Positions 1 through 9,048 of a stretch of 64,000 nucleotides of DNA are shown piece by piece. The stretch covers positions 280 to 64,279 of the forward strand of contig JACPEH010000001.1 of the NCBI GenBank assembly GCA_016183655.1, in the 5' to 3' direction. The stretch comes from Rhodocyclales bacterium (lineage in GTDB: Bacteria > Pseudomonadota > Gammaproteobacteria > Burkholderiales > Rhodocyclaceae). The notes beneath the pieces are model-generated. The model did no database searches and was not told where the DNA came from. It saw only the letters and a list, made by a program, of their open reading frames with translations. The first letter of the stretch is position 1. Each line of letters begins with the position of its first letter. The position numbers and the translations under genes are program-made.

Positions 1-1155
1 ATAGCAGCGCAACTTGCGTCGTACCCATTTGTCGATCTCGCGCAGAGGACTCAGCACTTCGGCGATACCGAAGTACGCTTTCCAACCAAGCAGGGTCTCT
101 CTCAGCTCTGCGACGAGCGCGCCAATGCCGGTGCCTCGCGTACGACGGGTCAGTTCCCGCACCCGGTCCTTCAGCTTTTCGAGGGTCTTGTCGGCCACCT
201 TGAGCCTCGCACCGTTGCGACTGACCGTGAAGCCCAGGAACTTGCGGTTCATGGGCCGATCCACCGCGCTTTTCAGCGGATTCACTGTGAGTCTCAGTGT
301 GTCACTGACGTAGCGTGTCACGCTGGCCATCACCCGTTCGCCCGCGCGTCTGCTTCTGACCAGTATGTTGCAGTCGTCGGCATAGCGGGCGAAACGGTGG
401 CCGCGCCGGTCCAGTTCCCAATCCAGTTCATCCAGCACCACGTTGGCCAGCACCGGCGAGAGCGGCCCGCCTTGCGGCACGCCCATGGTCGTGGCTTCGA
501 TATTGCCCGCCACGCTCACGCCCGCTTTCAGGTAGCGATTGATCAGTCGCAGGAGATCGGTGTCGATGCCCCGTTGCTTGAGTCGCGTCACCAACCGGTC
601 GTGATTAACCCGGTCGAAGAAGGCTTGCAGGTCCATGTCCACCACCCAGCCATAACCTGCCCGGATGTTCGCCTGCACTTCGCGCACGGCCTGATGGGCC
701 GAACGTTGCGGGCGGAATCCGTAGCTGTGGCGGTGGAAGTGCGGTTCCCATTGCGCCGATATCACTTGCGCGATGGCTTGCTGGATGAAGCGGTCCAACA
801 CCGTGGGGATGCCCAAGGGGCGGGTCTTCCCGTCCGGCTTGGGTATCTCGACGCGTTTGACGGGTTGCGGGCGATAGGTACCCGCTTCCAGTTGCGCGCG
901 GATTTCCAGCCAGTGGTGTTTCAGGTGATCCGGGAGTTCATCGACCGTCATGCCGTCGATGCCCGGCGCGCCTTTGTTCTGGCGCACTTGCTTCAGTGCG
1001 CGTTGCAGGTTGACCCGGTCCAGCACGTGGGCCAGCAACGCGCTGGTGTGAATCGACTCGGGTTGGCGTGACAATCCAGCGGCGAGTTCATCCCGCGGCA
1101 TGGCCGCAGCCTGCTTGCGCAGGTGGTCAGATGCTGTCTCGTCTCTCTTCGTCAC
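1..1155 (-). CDS. ltrA: Group II intron reverse transcriptase/maturase (partial, runs off window; absent from ORF track)
   Basis: Hand translation from GTG at 1155 (AAAGGA upstream): NLQRALKQVRQNKGAPGIDG, GVPQGGPLSPVLAN, RFARYADDCNI, KFLGFTV. Confidence 0.93.
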   Translation of the reverse strand, partial: MTKRDETASDHLRKQAAAMPRDELAAGLSRQPESIHTSALLAHVLDRVNLQRALKQVRQNKGAPGIDGMTVDELPDHLKHHWLEIRAQLEAGTYRPQPVKRVEIPKPDGKTRPLGIPTVLDRFIQQAIAQVISAQWEPHFHRHSYGFRPQRSAHQAVREVQANIRAGYGWVVDMDLQAFFDRVNHDRLVTRLKQRGIDTDLLRLINRYLKAGVSVAGNIEATTMGVPQGGPLSPVLANVVLDELDWELDRRGHRFARYADDCNILVRSRRAGERVMASVTRYVSDTLRLTVNPLKSAVDRPMNRKFLGFTVSRNGARLKVADKTLEKLKDRVRELTRRTRGTGIGALVAELRETLLGWKAYFGIAEVLSPLREIDKWVRRKLRCY

Positions 1156-1563
1156 GGTCCTTTGTCTTTCATCGTTTGGGCCTTCGACGGGGGCTGTCCG
1201 CCTACTATGCCCGCTGCTGACTTCTCCACGGTATTCAGCGCCCGTTTCCAGTCGCCCAGCTTCGATCTTCCGAAGCACCGGGGAGATCTCCCGGGGTAAG
1301 ACGCGTTACCTTCACTGCATAGACGCCGGATTTACAAAAATGCACCCTATTGCCGCAGATGGAGGACTTCGCGGTCACGTGCCCGCTCGTCCCGAGTGCA
1401 TCACGCCTCATATCCGGTTTTTGTTCATCGCCCCGCAGTTTCGGATTGGGCTTCCTCCAGACCCCGCCTCGCGGCGACGCCCTTGCCCTTCTCCTTGCCT
1501 TCGGCTCTGCAAACCTGGCCATCGGACTTTCACCGACGAAGTAACGCGCCATGCCCGGCGCAC
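1..1563 (-). mobile_element. Group II intron, bacterial class IIC (3' part outside window)
   Basis: Minus strand begins GTGCGCCGGGCATGGCGCG at 1563 (IIC 5' consensus); about 410 nt of ribozyme including GCGTCTTACCCCGGGAGATCT precedes an RT ORF. Confidence 0.93.
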
Positions 1564-1639
1564 ACGTGCAAAGTAAATGGCGTGCCGCTTGCGGCACGTC
1601 CAAGCGCCTGCAAGGCGCGGTTTGACTGGGAGGTTAGGC
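1564..1639 (-). other. Integron attC site interrupted at the R' core by the intron
   Basis: Minus strand: R'' GCCTAAC, 5-nt spacer, L'' AGTCAAA (extrahelical C), palindromic centre, L' TTTACT, 6-nt spacer TTGCAC, then GT followed by the intron. Confidence 0.88.
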
Positions 1640-2149
1640 TTCATTGTCTGCATGCACAGACTTTGGGTAGGCAACAATGCGTAGCGTTGCTGCAAATGCT
1701 AGCGATGTGATTGCCAGCGCTGGAATGCTGAGTGCCATATAAGACGACGCAAAGCGCGGGTATAGCAGAGCGATGGGTATGCAGGAAAGCGCAGCGAGTA
1801 CGCAACTTCTCGAAAACACATAACCCAATGAGACAACCCCATAAGGGTCTGACATGCGGATCAATATCCCCGAGCCCCCTCCAAGCAGGCTAGCAGTGAG
1901 TAGTAGGCCGATACAGCTATAGAACAGCCTTGTTGTCACCTCAAGCAACGTTCCAAAATCTAGCAAAAACAGAATTGGCGCCATAAACAGACCAACGATC
2001 GGAAGTTCAAGGTGTTCTTTTGCAAGAACTCCGAACTTTATCGCTTGGCGAGCTATTGGAAATAGGGACGACATGATGGCGACAGCGTGGACGGACCAGT
2101 ACACAAACAAACCAATCACGGCGATGACATTGGCGAGTGAGCGGCGCAT
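1634..2149 (-). CDS. Integron cassette ORF, hypothetical multi-pass membrane protein
   Basis: 171 aa, hydrophobic, lower GC; ATG 8 nt after GTTAGGC; TAA stop lies within GCCTAAC of attC. Confidence 0.75.
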   Translation of the reverse strand: MRRSLANVIAVIGLFVYWSVHAVAIMSSLFPIARQAIKFGVLAKEHLELPIVGLFMAPILFLLDFGTLLEVTTRLFYSCIGLLLTASLLGGGSGILIRMSDPYGVVSLGYVFSRSCVLAALSCIPIALLYPRFASSYMALSIPALAITSLAFAATLRIVAYPKSVHADNEA

Positions 2150-2157
2150 GTTGTGAA

Positions 2158-2200
2158 GCCTAACCAGAAGTCGGCATCACATGCGCCGAGCATTCCGAAA
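2158..2200 (-). other. Upstream cassette boundary, putative attI
   Basis: GTTAGGC core (2164-2158) is the exact complement of the cassette's R'' GCCTAAC; no RYYYAAC/L-box partner upstream, so not an intact attC. Confidence 0.5.
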
Positions 2201-2466
2201 ACTTGCCATCCATTCTAGATGACGATGCATTGCCAAGGCATTGGCAGAATTCGTTTTTCTTGCTCATCAGTCTGCATTCTCCAGAATGTACGGCAGACAA
2301 ACGCGACGTTTTGCCAGCATCGCAGGCGTTGGCGCCGTATATCCTCCGTGCAATTGATGGCTTCCTTGTTCCGAGGCCTGGCATTGCTGGCTTCAACGGC
2401 TGCCTGGTCGATAACGACATGGCAAACGCGGCACCATGCCAATGGTATCACCAGCCCGTTGCCGAA

Positions 2467-3054
2467 TCAGAACAGCGTCTCCCGGTACTTCATCTGCCCG
2501 TCGAGCAGCACCCCCACAATCCCCGCCTTGCCGCGCGCATCGACGGCGGCGAGGATGGAGACCTTCTCGCCGCCCTGCGGCCGTTCGATCTGCCGGCCGG
2601 TGCCTTCCTGCACGTAGTACTGCTCGATGCCATAGCGCACCTGCAGCGTGCGCCGCTTGATCGACTTGCTGGTGACCCGGTCCCAGTCGTAGTCGGAGAC
2701 GTACAGCACCTCGCCCTTCAGCGCGAGCAGGCCGGGCGGCACCGCGGCGCGTTCGCGGTGCACGGAGACGGCCCTGGCGCCGGCCGGGTCGGGCCGCAGC
2801 GCGACCCAGACGGCGTCGTGGCGCGCGAACTCCTTGTCGCCGCCGATCCCCTCGTCGCCGTCGAGGCGCAGCCGGCTGATCGCGTAGTTGAGGCGCGCGT
2901 AGTCGCCCATGAACAGCGAGCGCGGGTCGACCGGCTCGGTCTGCAGCACGACCTGCGTGCCGGTGTTCAGCGTCCATTGCTTGTCGGCGATCATCGCCGC
3001 CAGCGCGGCGAGCTGGGCGGCGGCGAGCAGGCCGATCTTAAGCCAGAGGTTCAT
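2467..3054 (-). CDS. GDYXXLXY domain membrane-anchored protein
   Basis: PVDPRSLFMGDYARLNY and YGIEQYYVQEG motifs; ATGA overlap with upstream gene. Confidence 0.9.
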   Translation of the reverse strand: MNLWLKIGLLAAAQLAALAAMIADKQWTLNTGTQVVLQTEPVDPRSLFMGDYARLNYAISRLRLDGDEGIGGDKEFARHDAVWVALRPDPAGARAVSVHRERAAVPPGLLALKGEVLYVSDYDWDRVTSKSIKRRTLQVRYGIEQYYVQEGTGRQIERPQGGEKVSILAAVDARGKAGIVGVLLDGQMKYRETLF

Positions 3055-4373
3055 GATTGCCCCCTCCCCTCGCCGTGTTCGAGGTCGCGCAGCAGCGCCC
3101 GCCGCCGCCGCTCCAGCCAGCCGCCGCCGGCGAGCAGCAGGATGCCGCCGGCCATGAAGAACAGCGCGCGGTCGAACAACGACCAGAAGGTGTCGAAGTA
3201 GCGCGCCGCGACCCACAGCGAGAAGCCGATGAACGCGCGGTTGACCATCAGGCGGTCGCCGTGGCGGATGCCGAGGTCGCCGACCCAGTAGAGGATGCCG
3301 AGGAACAGCGCGTTCCAGAACAGCGCCGGAACGCCGCTGCTGCGCGGCGCGAGCACCTCGACCGCGAGCAGCAACGCGAAGCCCGCCGCCAGCGCGACGC
3401 CGACGCTGCGGCGCGGCGCCGGCAGTTCGCTGCCCGCCACCATGCGCAGCACGCCCGCCGCGTAGATCGCGGCGACGGCGCCGAGGGCGACCACCCAGGG
3501 CAGCAGCGGGCCGGGCGACACCTTCAGCCGAGCGCCGAAATCGGGGAAGGTGAACACGAAGGCGCCGAACAGCGCCGCCAGCAGCAGGTCGCCGCGCACC
3601 GCGCGCGCGAACGGATGCGTGCTCGCCTGCGCCAGCGCCCACAGGCCGGCGACGCCGAGCACCTGCAGCGCGAACAGGCGCAGGTGCGCCTGCGCATCGC
3701 CGAACGGACCGAGCCAGGTCTGCGCGTGCCAGCCGGCCAGCCACAGCAGCAGCAGGCCGCCCCAGCCGCGGGCGGCAATCGGCCAGTCGCGGCGCAGCAG
3801 CGGCAGCGCAGCCAGCGCCAGGAAGCCGAGCAGCGGCCAGTTCATCACGTGGTAGTCGAACTGCTCGGTCCAGGTCCACAGCGCCGCCAGCCCGAGCGCC
3901 GCCACCATCGCCGGCTGCGAGGCGAACAGCCAGGCCGTGGCGAGGCCGCCGACCGCCCACAGCGCGATGCCGTCGGGGAAGTGCGCGTCGATGTGGTAGA
4001 TCTGCCCGACCAGCATGATCGCGGCGCCGAAGAACAGCACCGAGAGCAGCACCATCCCCTGCGCCAGTTTCGGCATCGCGCCGCGCGTCTGGCAGAGGCC
4101 GTTGCCGGCGTGGCTGGCGATCAGCGCGAGGGAGACGAGGACGAGCTTGGTCAGCTTGCTCATCTCGTTCCAGTGCGCGGCGAACCAGGTGATGACGCCG
4201 ACCCCGAGCAGCACCGCGCCGGCCAGCGCCAGCGACGAGGCCCAGGCCAGCTTCGACTGCCGCGCGGCAAGGTCGGCGAGAATCGCCTGCCGCCCCGCGG
4301 CGCTGACCCAGCCCTGCGCCTCCCACTGCGGCATTTCCTGCGCCAGCCGCTTGGCGAATCCCCGCTCGTTCAT
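3051..4373 (-). CDS. DUF2157 family membrane protein
   Basis: LAGAVLLGVGVITWFAAHW, LVGQIYHI; usual partner of GDYXXLXY. Confidence 0.85.
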   Translation of the reverse strand: MNERGFAKRLAQEMPQWEAQGWVSAAGRQAILADLAARQSKLAWASSLALAGAVLLGVGVITWFAAHWNEMSKLTKLVLVSLALIASHAGNGLCQTRGAMPKLAQGMVLLSVLFFGAAIMLVGQIYHIDAHFPDGIALWAVGGLATAWLFASQPAMVAALGLAALWTWTEQFDYHVMNWPLLGFLALAALPLLRRDWPIAARGWGGLLLLWLAGWHAQTWLGPFGDAQAHLRLFALQVLGVAGLWALAQASTHPFARAVRGDLLLAALFGAFVFTFPDFGARLKVSPGPLLPWVVALGAVAAIYAAGVLRMVAGSELPAPRRSVGVALAAGFALLLAVEVLAPRSSGVPALFWNALFLGILYWVGDLGIRHGDRLMVNRAFIGFSLWVAARYFDTFWSLFDRALFFMAGGILLLAGGGWLERRRRALLRDLEHGEGRGQS

Positions 4374-4419
4374 CGTTGCGCCCGCTGTTGTGGACATGCG
4401 GGAATCATACGCCATGCCG

Positions 4420-5556
4420 CTATTCGTGCAGCACCACCCCCATCACCGGATCGAACGCCTCCTGCCACGGCGCCTCGGCGATCCGCTCGCGCGCCTGACG
4501 GTAGCCGGCGTCCCAGCGGGCGCGGATGCCGGACGGGGTGAAGTCGATGTCTTTGCTGCCGTCCTCGCCGTCGAGGCGCGGCGCGCGCAGCGAGAGGATG
4601 TGCATCACCGTGCCGCAGCCCCAACTCATCAGCTCGCGCACCTCGGGCCGCGCGCGTTCCTCTGCCGGCAGCCGCTTGCCGAGCTCGCGGACGATGTGCC
4701 GCAGGCGGTGGATCTGCTGCTGGCGGGCGACGTGGCTGCGGTGCCGGCTGGAATACTGGATGTCCTTCAGCCGGCTCATCACCTGCTGGATGCTGGCCGG
4801 GTCCTCGTCGTCCTGCTGCCAGAGCTGGGTGGCGAAAATCAGCGAGTCGCGCCGCGGCGCGTCGTCCATCACCACCTCGATCGGCGTGTTGGAATAGACG
4901 CCGCCGTCCCAGTACGGCTCGCCGTCGATCAGCACCGCCGGGAAGGCCGGCGGCAGCGCGCCGGAGGCGAGCACGTGGTCGGGCGCCAGCGGCTCCTCGC
5001 GGCTGTCGAAATAGCGCATCTGGCCGGAACGGGCATTGACCGCGCCGAGCGTCAGCCGCGTGCCGCCGGCGCCGATGCGGCGGAAATCGACCAGTTCCGC
5101 CAGCGTCTCGCGCAGCGGCGCGGTGGTGTAGAAGCTGGCGGCGGCGACGCCGAGCGGCGCGTAGGCGCCGAGCCAGCTGTCGGGGTTGGGCGCGAAGAAG
5201 CCGGGGATGCCGCTCATCAGCGTGCCGAGGCGGGCGAAGAAGCGGCCGGGGTCGACCGCGCCGAACGGCGCGAAGCCGCCGCCGCCACTGACCCGCGCCC
5301 AGAATTCGCGCAGCCGCGGCAGGCGATCGTGCGGCGCGTTGCCGGCGATGATGGCGCCGTTGATCGCGCCGATCGAGGTGCCGACGACCCAGTCCGGCTC
5401 GATGCCGGCCTCGGCCATCGCTTCGTAGACGCCGACCTGGAAGGCGCCGAGCGCGCCGCCGCCCTGCAGGACGAGGACCACCTGGCCGGGGAGGTCGCGG
5501 CGCGGGCCGGCGGCGGGAGATTCGGCGGTGCGGCGGTTGCTGTTCTCGGCTTTCAT
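4420..5556 (-). CDS. Patatin-like phospholipase (DUF3734-type C-terminus)
   Basis: LQGGGALG, GTSIG, WDGG motifs; KDIDF tail. Confidence 0.9.
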   Translation of the reverse strand: MKAENSNRRTAESPAAGPRRDLPGQVVLVLQGGGALGAFQVGVYEAMAEAGIEPDWVVGTSIGAINGAIIAGNAPHDRLPRLREFWARVSGGGGFAPFGAVDPGRFFARLGTLMSGIPGFFAPNPDSWLGAYAPLGVAAASFYTTAPLRETLAELVDFRRIGAGGTRLTLGAVNARSGQMRYFDSREEPLAPDHVLASGALPPAFPAVLIDGEPYWDGGVYSNTPIEVVMDDAPRRDSLIFATQLWQQDDEDPASIQQVMSRLKDIQYSSRHRSHVARQQQIHRLRHIVRELGKRLPAEERARPEVRELMSWGCGTVMHILSLRAPRLDGEDGSKDIDFTPSGIRARWDAGYRQARERIAEAPWQEAFDPVMGVVLHE

Positions 5557-5660
5557 GGCGCGGCCCTCCGGTGGCGGAGCGTCCGCCGGCGAATCGCCCG
5601 CCGACGCCCACTACCGATTGAGAGTCGGCGGCAAGCGCTTGGTTCTGCGTCGGGCCGTCG

Positions 5661-6545
5661 TCAGACCGGCACCAGCGACTGCCGCCCGTACCAGCCCTCG
5701 CCCGCGGCCAGCGTCACCGGCTGCCGCGCCACGGCAGCCTCGACGCAGAGCAGGTGCCGCCAGTCGCTCGGCGCCATGTCGGCGAGCGCGGCGCAGCGCT
5801 CGACCCACGGGTTCCAGACGACGACGTCGGGGAAGCCTTCCTGGTCGATGCCCAGGCTGAGGTTGCCGGCATTCAGCAGCAGCGGCCGCTTCACGCCGTG
5901 GTAGATGCGGTCGGTCTCGCCCTCGAAGGCGAGCCGGGTGCCGGTGTCCTTGACGATCCGGTCGCCGCGCGCGGCGTCGCGGTATTCGTGGCCGTAGAGG
6001 CCTTCCAGGCCGACGTCCTCGACCTCGGTCACGCGCAGGTAGCTGTGCAGCGCGGCGGTGAACGCCAGCGGCGCGTCGCTGGTGTTGTCCACCGCCAGTT
6101 CGACGTCGAGCCGGTTGTTTTCGAGGTTCACCGTGATCTCGGCGCGGAAGGCGTGCGGCCACAGCTTGCGCGTTTCGGCATCGTCGCCGATGGCGAAGGA
6201 GGCCATCGCATAATCCTTGCCGGTCGAGCGGCCGCTTTCCTCCCAGCGGCGGGTGCGCACGAAGCCGTGCTTGGGCAGCTTGCCGAGGCCGGCGAACTGC
6301 GGGAAGCAGACCGGGATGCCGCCGCGGATCGGCACGCTGCCGTCGAAGCGGGCGCGTTCGGAGAGGAACAGGCGCTCGCGCCCGTCGGCGGAAATCCATG
6401 ACAGCACCTGCGCGCCGAGCGCGCTGACGACGGCGCTGGCGCCGCTGGGGACGCGCAGGCGCAGCGCGGCGATGCCGTGGAAGTCGATGGCTTCGACGAG
6501 GCCGGAAGCGAGACGCTCCGGGCGGCTGGCGGCGGGTTTCTTCAT
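5661..6545 (-). CDS. D-hexose-6-phosphate mutarotase (aldose 1-epimerase family)
   Basis: IRGGIPVCFPQF, HGFVR, ALHSY, VVWNPW, LCVE. Confidence 0.9.
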   Translation of the reverse strand: MKKPAASRPERLASGLVEAIDFHGIAALRLRVPSGASAVVSALGAQVLSWISADGRERLFLSERARFDGSVPIRGGIPVCFPQFAGLGKLPKHGFVRTRRWEESGRSTGKDYAMASFAIGDDAETRKLWPHAFRAEITVNLENNRLDVELAVDNTSDAPLAFTAALHSYLRVTEVEDVGLEGLYGHEYRDAARGDRIVKDTGTRLAFEGETDRIYHGVKRPLLLNAGNLSLGIDQEGFPDVVVWNPWVERCAALADMAPSDWRHLLCVEAAVARQPVTLAAGEGWYGRQSLVPV

Positions 6546-6558
6546 GGCGGGTTCCCGT

Positions 6559-7902
6559 TCAGTTGGCGCGGATGACGTCGGTGTCGGCGCGGTTGTGTTC
6601 GTCGCTGTAGATCTCGGCGCGCGCCGGGGCCGTGCCGTTGTAGCAGGTAACGACGACGTTGCTGGCCGGGCTGCCGCGGTGCAGCACGTCGACGCCGCAG
6701 CGGCCATAGACCGACTCGATGGTGGCCAGCAGGTTGCGCGCGTAGGGCGTCGCCAGCCGGCCGTCGAGGATCAGGTTGGCGAGCATGACGCCCTCCGGCT
6801 TCAGCGCCCGCTGGCTGCCCTGCCAGAACTCCCGCGTCACCAGGTGCGCCGGGATCGACATGCGGGCGGTGTAGACGTCGACCACCAGCGCGTCGAAGCG
6901 GCGCTCGGTGGCCTTCACGTAGCGGCGGGCGTCGTCGACGACGAATTCGCCCCGCGCCTTGTCCTGGAGGAAGTGTTTCTCCGCCAGGTCGCGGATCGCC
7001 GGGTCGATGTCGACGTAGGTGTAGCGGTTCCTCGGCTCGTCGTGCGAGAGCGTGAAGCCGCCGGCGCCGAGGACGAGGATCTCGCGGCCGCTGAAGGCCA
7101 GTTCGTCGAGCAGGATCTGCCGCATGCGGCGAATGTAGCGGGCGTACAGCGGCGGCGAGCTTTCGTCGATCAGCGACGAGACCGAGTTGTTGACCTTGAA
7201 GGCGCGCGCATCGACCGCGTCGGCAAGCGTCACCGGCACGACCGCGTAGGTGGCGTAGGCGGTTTCGCCGACCACCCACAGCCGCTGGTTGGCGACGAGC
7301 GTCAGCAGCGCGCCGACGGCGACCGCCGCCAGCGCGCGCCCCCGCCGGCCCTGCAGCAGCACGACGCCGGCCAGCAGCAGCGCGGCGACCAGCACCACCG
7401 CGGCGCTGACGCCCAGCCACTGCATAACCAGCAGCGACAGCGTCACCGAGCCGAGGAAGGAGCCGAGCGTGGACCAGTAGAGCGCGAAGCCGGCCTTCTC
7501 GCCGGCCCGCTCGTGGCGCATCAGGTTGGTCAGCGCCGGCACGGTCTGCCCGAGCAGCCAGGCCAGCGGGCAGAGCACGGCGCCGATGAAGACGGCGTAG
7601 GCGAAGACCGGCGGCGGCAGGTGGGTGAAGATGGCATCCACCGTGTTGCCGGCCAGGCCGACCGCGGCGATGAAGGCCGAGATCAGGAAATTGCGCGCCA
7701 CCACCGCCGAGAAGTCGGCCGCGATGCGCCCGCCCGAGGCGTAGCCGAGCGCCAGCGCGAGCAGGAAGAAGCCGATCGTCGGCGCGGTGACGACGATGCT
7801 GCTGCCGACGTGCGGAATCAGCTGGCGCAGCGCCAGCACCTCGGCGCCGAGGGAGCAGAAGCCTTCGATGAAGACGATCAGGAACAGCTGGCGCGGAGTC
7901 AC
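6559..7902 (-). CDS. Fused membrane domain / spermidine synthase-like methyltransferase
   Basis: N-terminal TM helices, then ILVLGAGG, YVDIDP, DDARRYV, VVDVY; GTG start inferred. Confidence 0.8.
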   Translation of the reverse strand: MTPRQLFLIVFIEGFCSLGAEVLALRQLIPHVGSSIVVTAPTIGFFLLALALGYASGGRIAADFSAVVARNFLISAFIAAVGLAGNTVDAIFTHLPPPVFAYAVFIGAVLCPLAWLLGQTVPALTNLMRHERAGEKAGFALYWSTLGSFLGSVTLSLLVMQWLGVSAAVVLVAALLLAGVVLLQGRRGRALAAVAVGALLTLVANQRLWVVGETAYATYAVVPVTLADAVDARAFKVNNSVSSLIDESSPPLYARYIRRMRQILLDELAFSGREILVLGAGGFTLSHDEPRNRYTYVDIDPAIRDLAEKHFLQDKARGEFVVDDARRYVKATERRFDALVVDVYTARMSIPAHLVTREFWQGSQRALKPEGVMLANLILDGRLATPYARNLLATIESVYGRCGVDVLHRGSPASNVVVTCYNGTAPARAEIYSDEHNRADTDVIRAN

Positions 7903-8000
7903 GGACGGCGGGCGGGATGGAATGCGGGCGGCCAGTTTACCCGGAGTTGCGGCGGCGAGCCTGTACAATTCGAGCCCGGACAGCCTGGACAAGCCCCCTT

Positions 8001-8124
8001 CTCCCTCCCCTTCAAGGGGAGGGCCGGGGTGGGGATGGGGGTAATACAGATGCCCGCTGCAGCCCCCTCCCAGCCTCCCCTTGTCCCAAGGGATACCGTC
8101 CCTGCGGGACATAAAGGGGAGGAG
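8001..8124. repeat. G/C-tract palindromic REP-like element
   Basis: CCCTCCCC-TTCAA-GGGGAGGG hairpin and an inverted partner CCTCCCCTT...AAGGGGAGG between divergent genes. Confidence 0.7.
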
Positions 8125-8164
8125 CCGTGCGCCTCCGCCCGACGCCAACCAACCGAAGCCGCCC

Positions 8165-9037
8165 ATGCTCAGCTACCGCCACGCCTTCCACGCCGGCAAC
8201 CACGCCGATGTCCTCAAGCACCTCGTGCTGGTGCAACTGATCGACTACCTGAAGCAGAAGGACAAGCCCTTCTGGGTGATCGACACGCACGCCGGTGCCG
8301 GCCTCTACGCGCTCGACGCCGGCCACGCCACCAAGCTCGCCGAGCACGAGGGCGGCATCAGCCGCCTGTGGAACCGCAGCGACCTGCCGCCGGCGGTCGC
8401 CGCCTACGTGGACACGGTGCGCCCGCTCAACGCCCGCAATGCCGACGGCACGCTCAACGCCTACCCCGGCTCGCCGTGGATCGCCTGGAAGCTGCTGCGC
8501 CCGGAGGACAAGCTGCGCCTGTTCGAGCTGCACAGCACCGACATCAGGACGCTCGCCGACAACTTCCGCGAGGGCGGCCGTCAGGTGATGGTCACCCACG
8601 GCGACGGGCTGACCGGGCTGAAGGGGCTGCTGCCGCCGCCGCCCAAACGGGCGCTGGCGCTGATCGACCCCTCCTACGAGACCGCCGCCGACTACCGCAA
8701 CGTGACGAAGACCATCGACGAGGCGCTGAAGCGCTTCGCCACCGGCACCTACGCGGTGTGGTACCCGATCCTCGCCAAGCCGGAAGCGAAGGCGCTGCCG
8801 GAAAAGCTGAAGGCGCTGGCCGAACAGGCCGGCAAGCCCTGGCTGAACGTGACGCTGTCGGTGCGCAAGCAGCCGCCCGGCGTCTTCGGCATGCCCGGCA
8901 GCGGCATGTTCGTCGTCAACCCGCCGTGGACGCTGGAGAACACGCTGCGCGAGACGATGCCGTGGCTGGCCAGGGTGCTGGCCGAGGCGGCCGACGGTGC
9001 CGGCGCCGGCTTCTCGGTCGAGGCCAGGGCGGACTGA
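8165..9037 (+). CDS. rlmJ: 23S rRNA m6A2030 methyltransferase
   Basis: MLSYRHAFHAGNHADVLKH, DTHAGAG, YPGSP, IDPSYE. Confidence 0.96.
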   Translation: MLSYRHAFHAGNHADVLKHLVLVQLIDYLKQKDKPFWVIDTHAGAGLYALDAGHATKLAEHEGGISRLWNRSDLPPAVAAYVDTVRPLNARNADGTLNAYPGSPWIAWKLLRPEDKLRLFELHSTDIRTLADNFREGGRQVMVTHGDGLTGLKGLLPPPPKRALALIDPSYETAADYRNVTKTIDEALKRFATGTYAVWYPILAKPEAKALPEKLKALAEQAGKPWLNVTLSVRKQPPGVFGMPGSGMFVVNPPWTLENTLRETMPWLARVLAEAADGAGAGFSVEARAD

Positions 9038-9048
9038 CGGCGGCCCGC

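Noticed and set aside
1-1155. Retron, DGR or defence-associated RT
   Set aside because: IIC 5' end, ribozyme motifs and RT0 NKGAPGIDG identify a group II intron.
14-1710. Plus-strand and short ORFs over the intron
   Set aside because: Antisense shadows of the RT gene and ribozyme; the real ORF is the minus-strand RT.
2212-2236. Pc-like sigma70 promoter TTGGCA...TAGAAT on the minus strand
   Set aside because: Spacer is only 13 nt.
2203-3201. 332-aa plus ORF as integron integrase
   Set aside because: No tyrosine recombinase motifs; mostly antisense to the GDYXXLXY gene.
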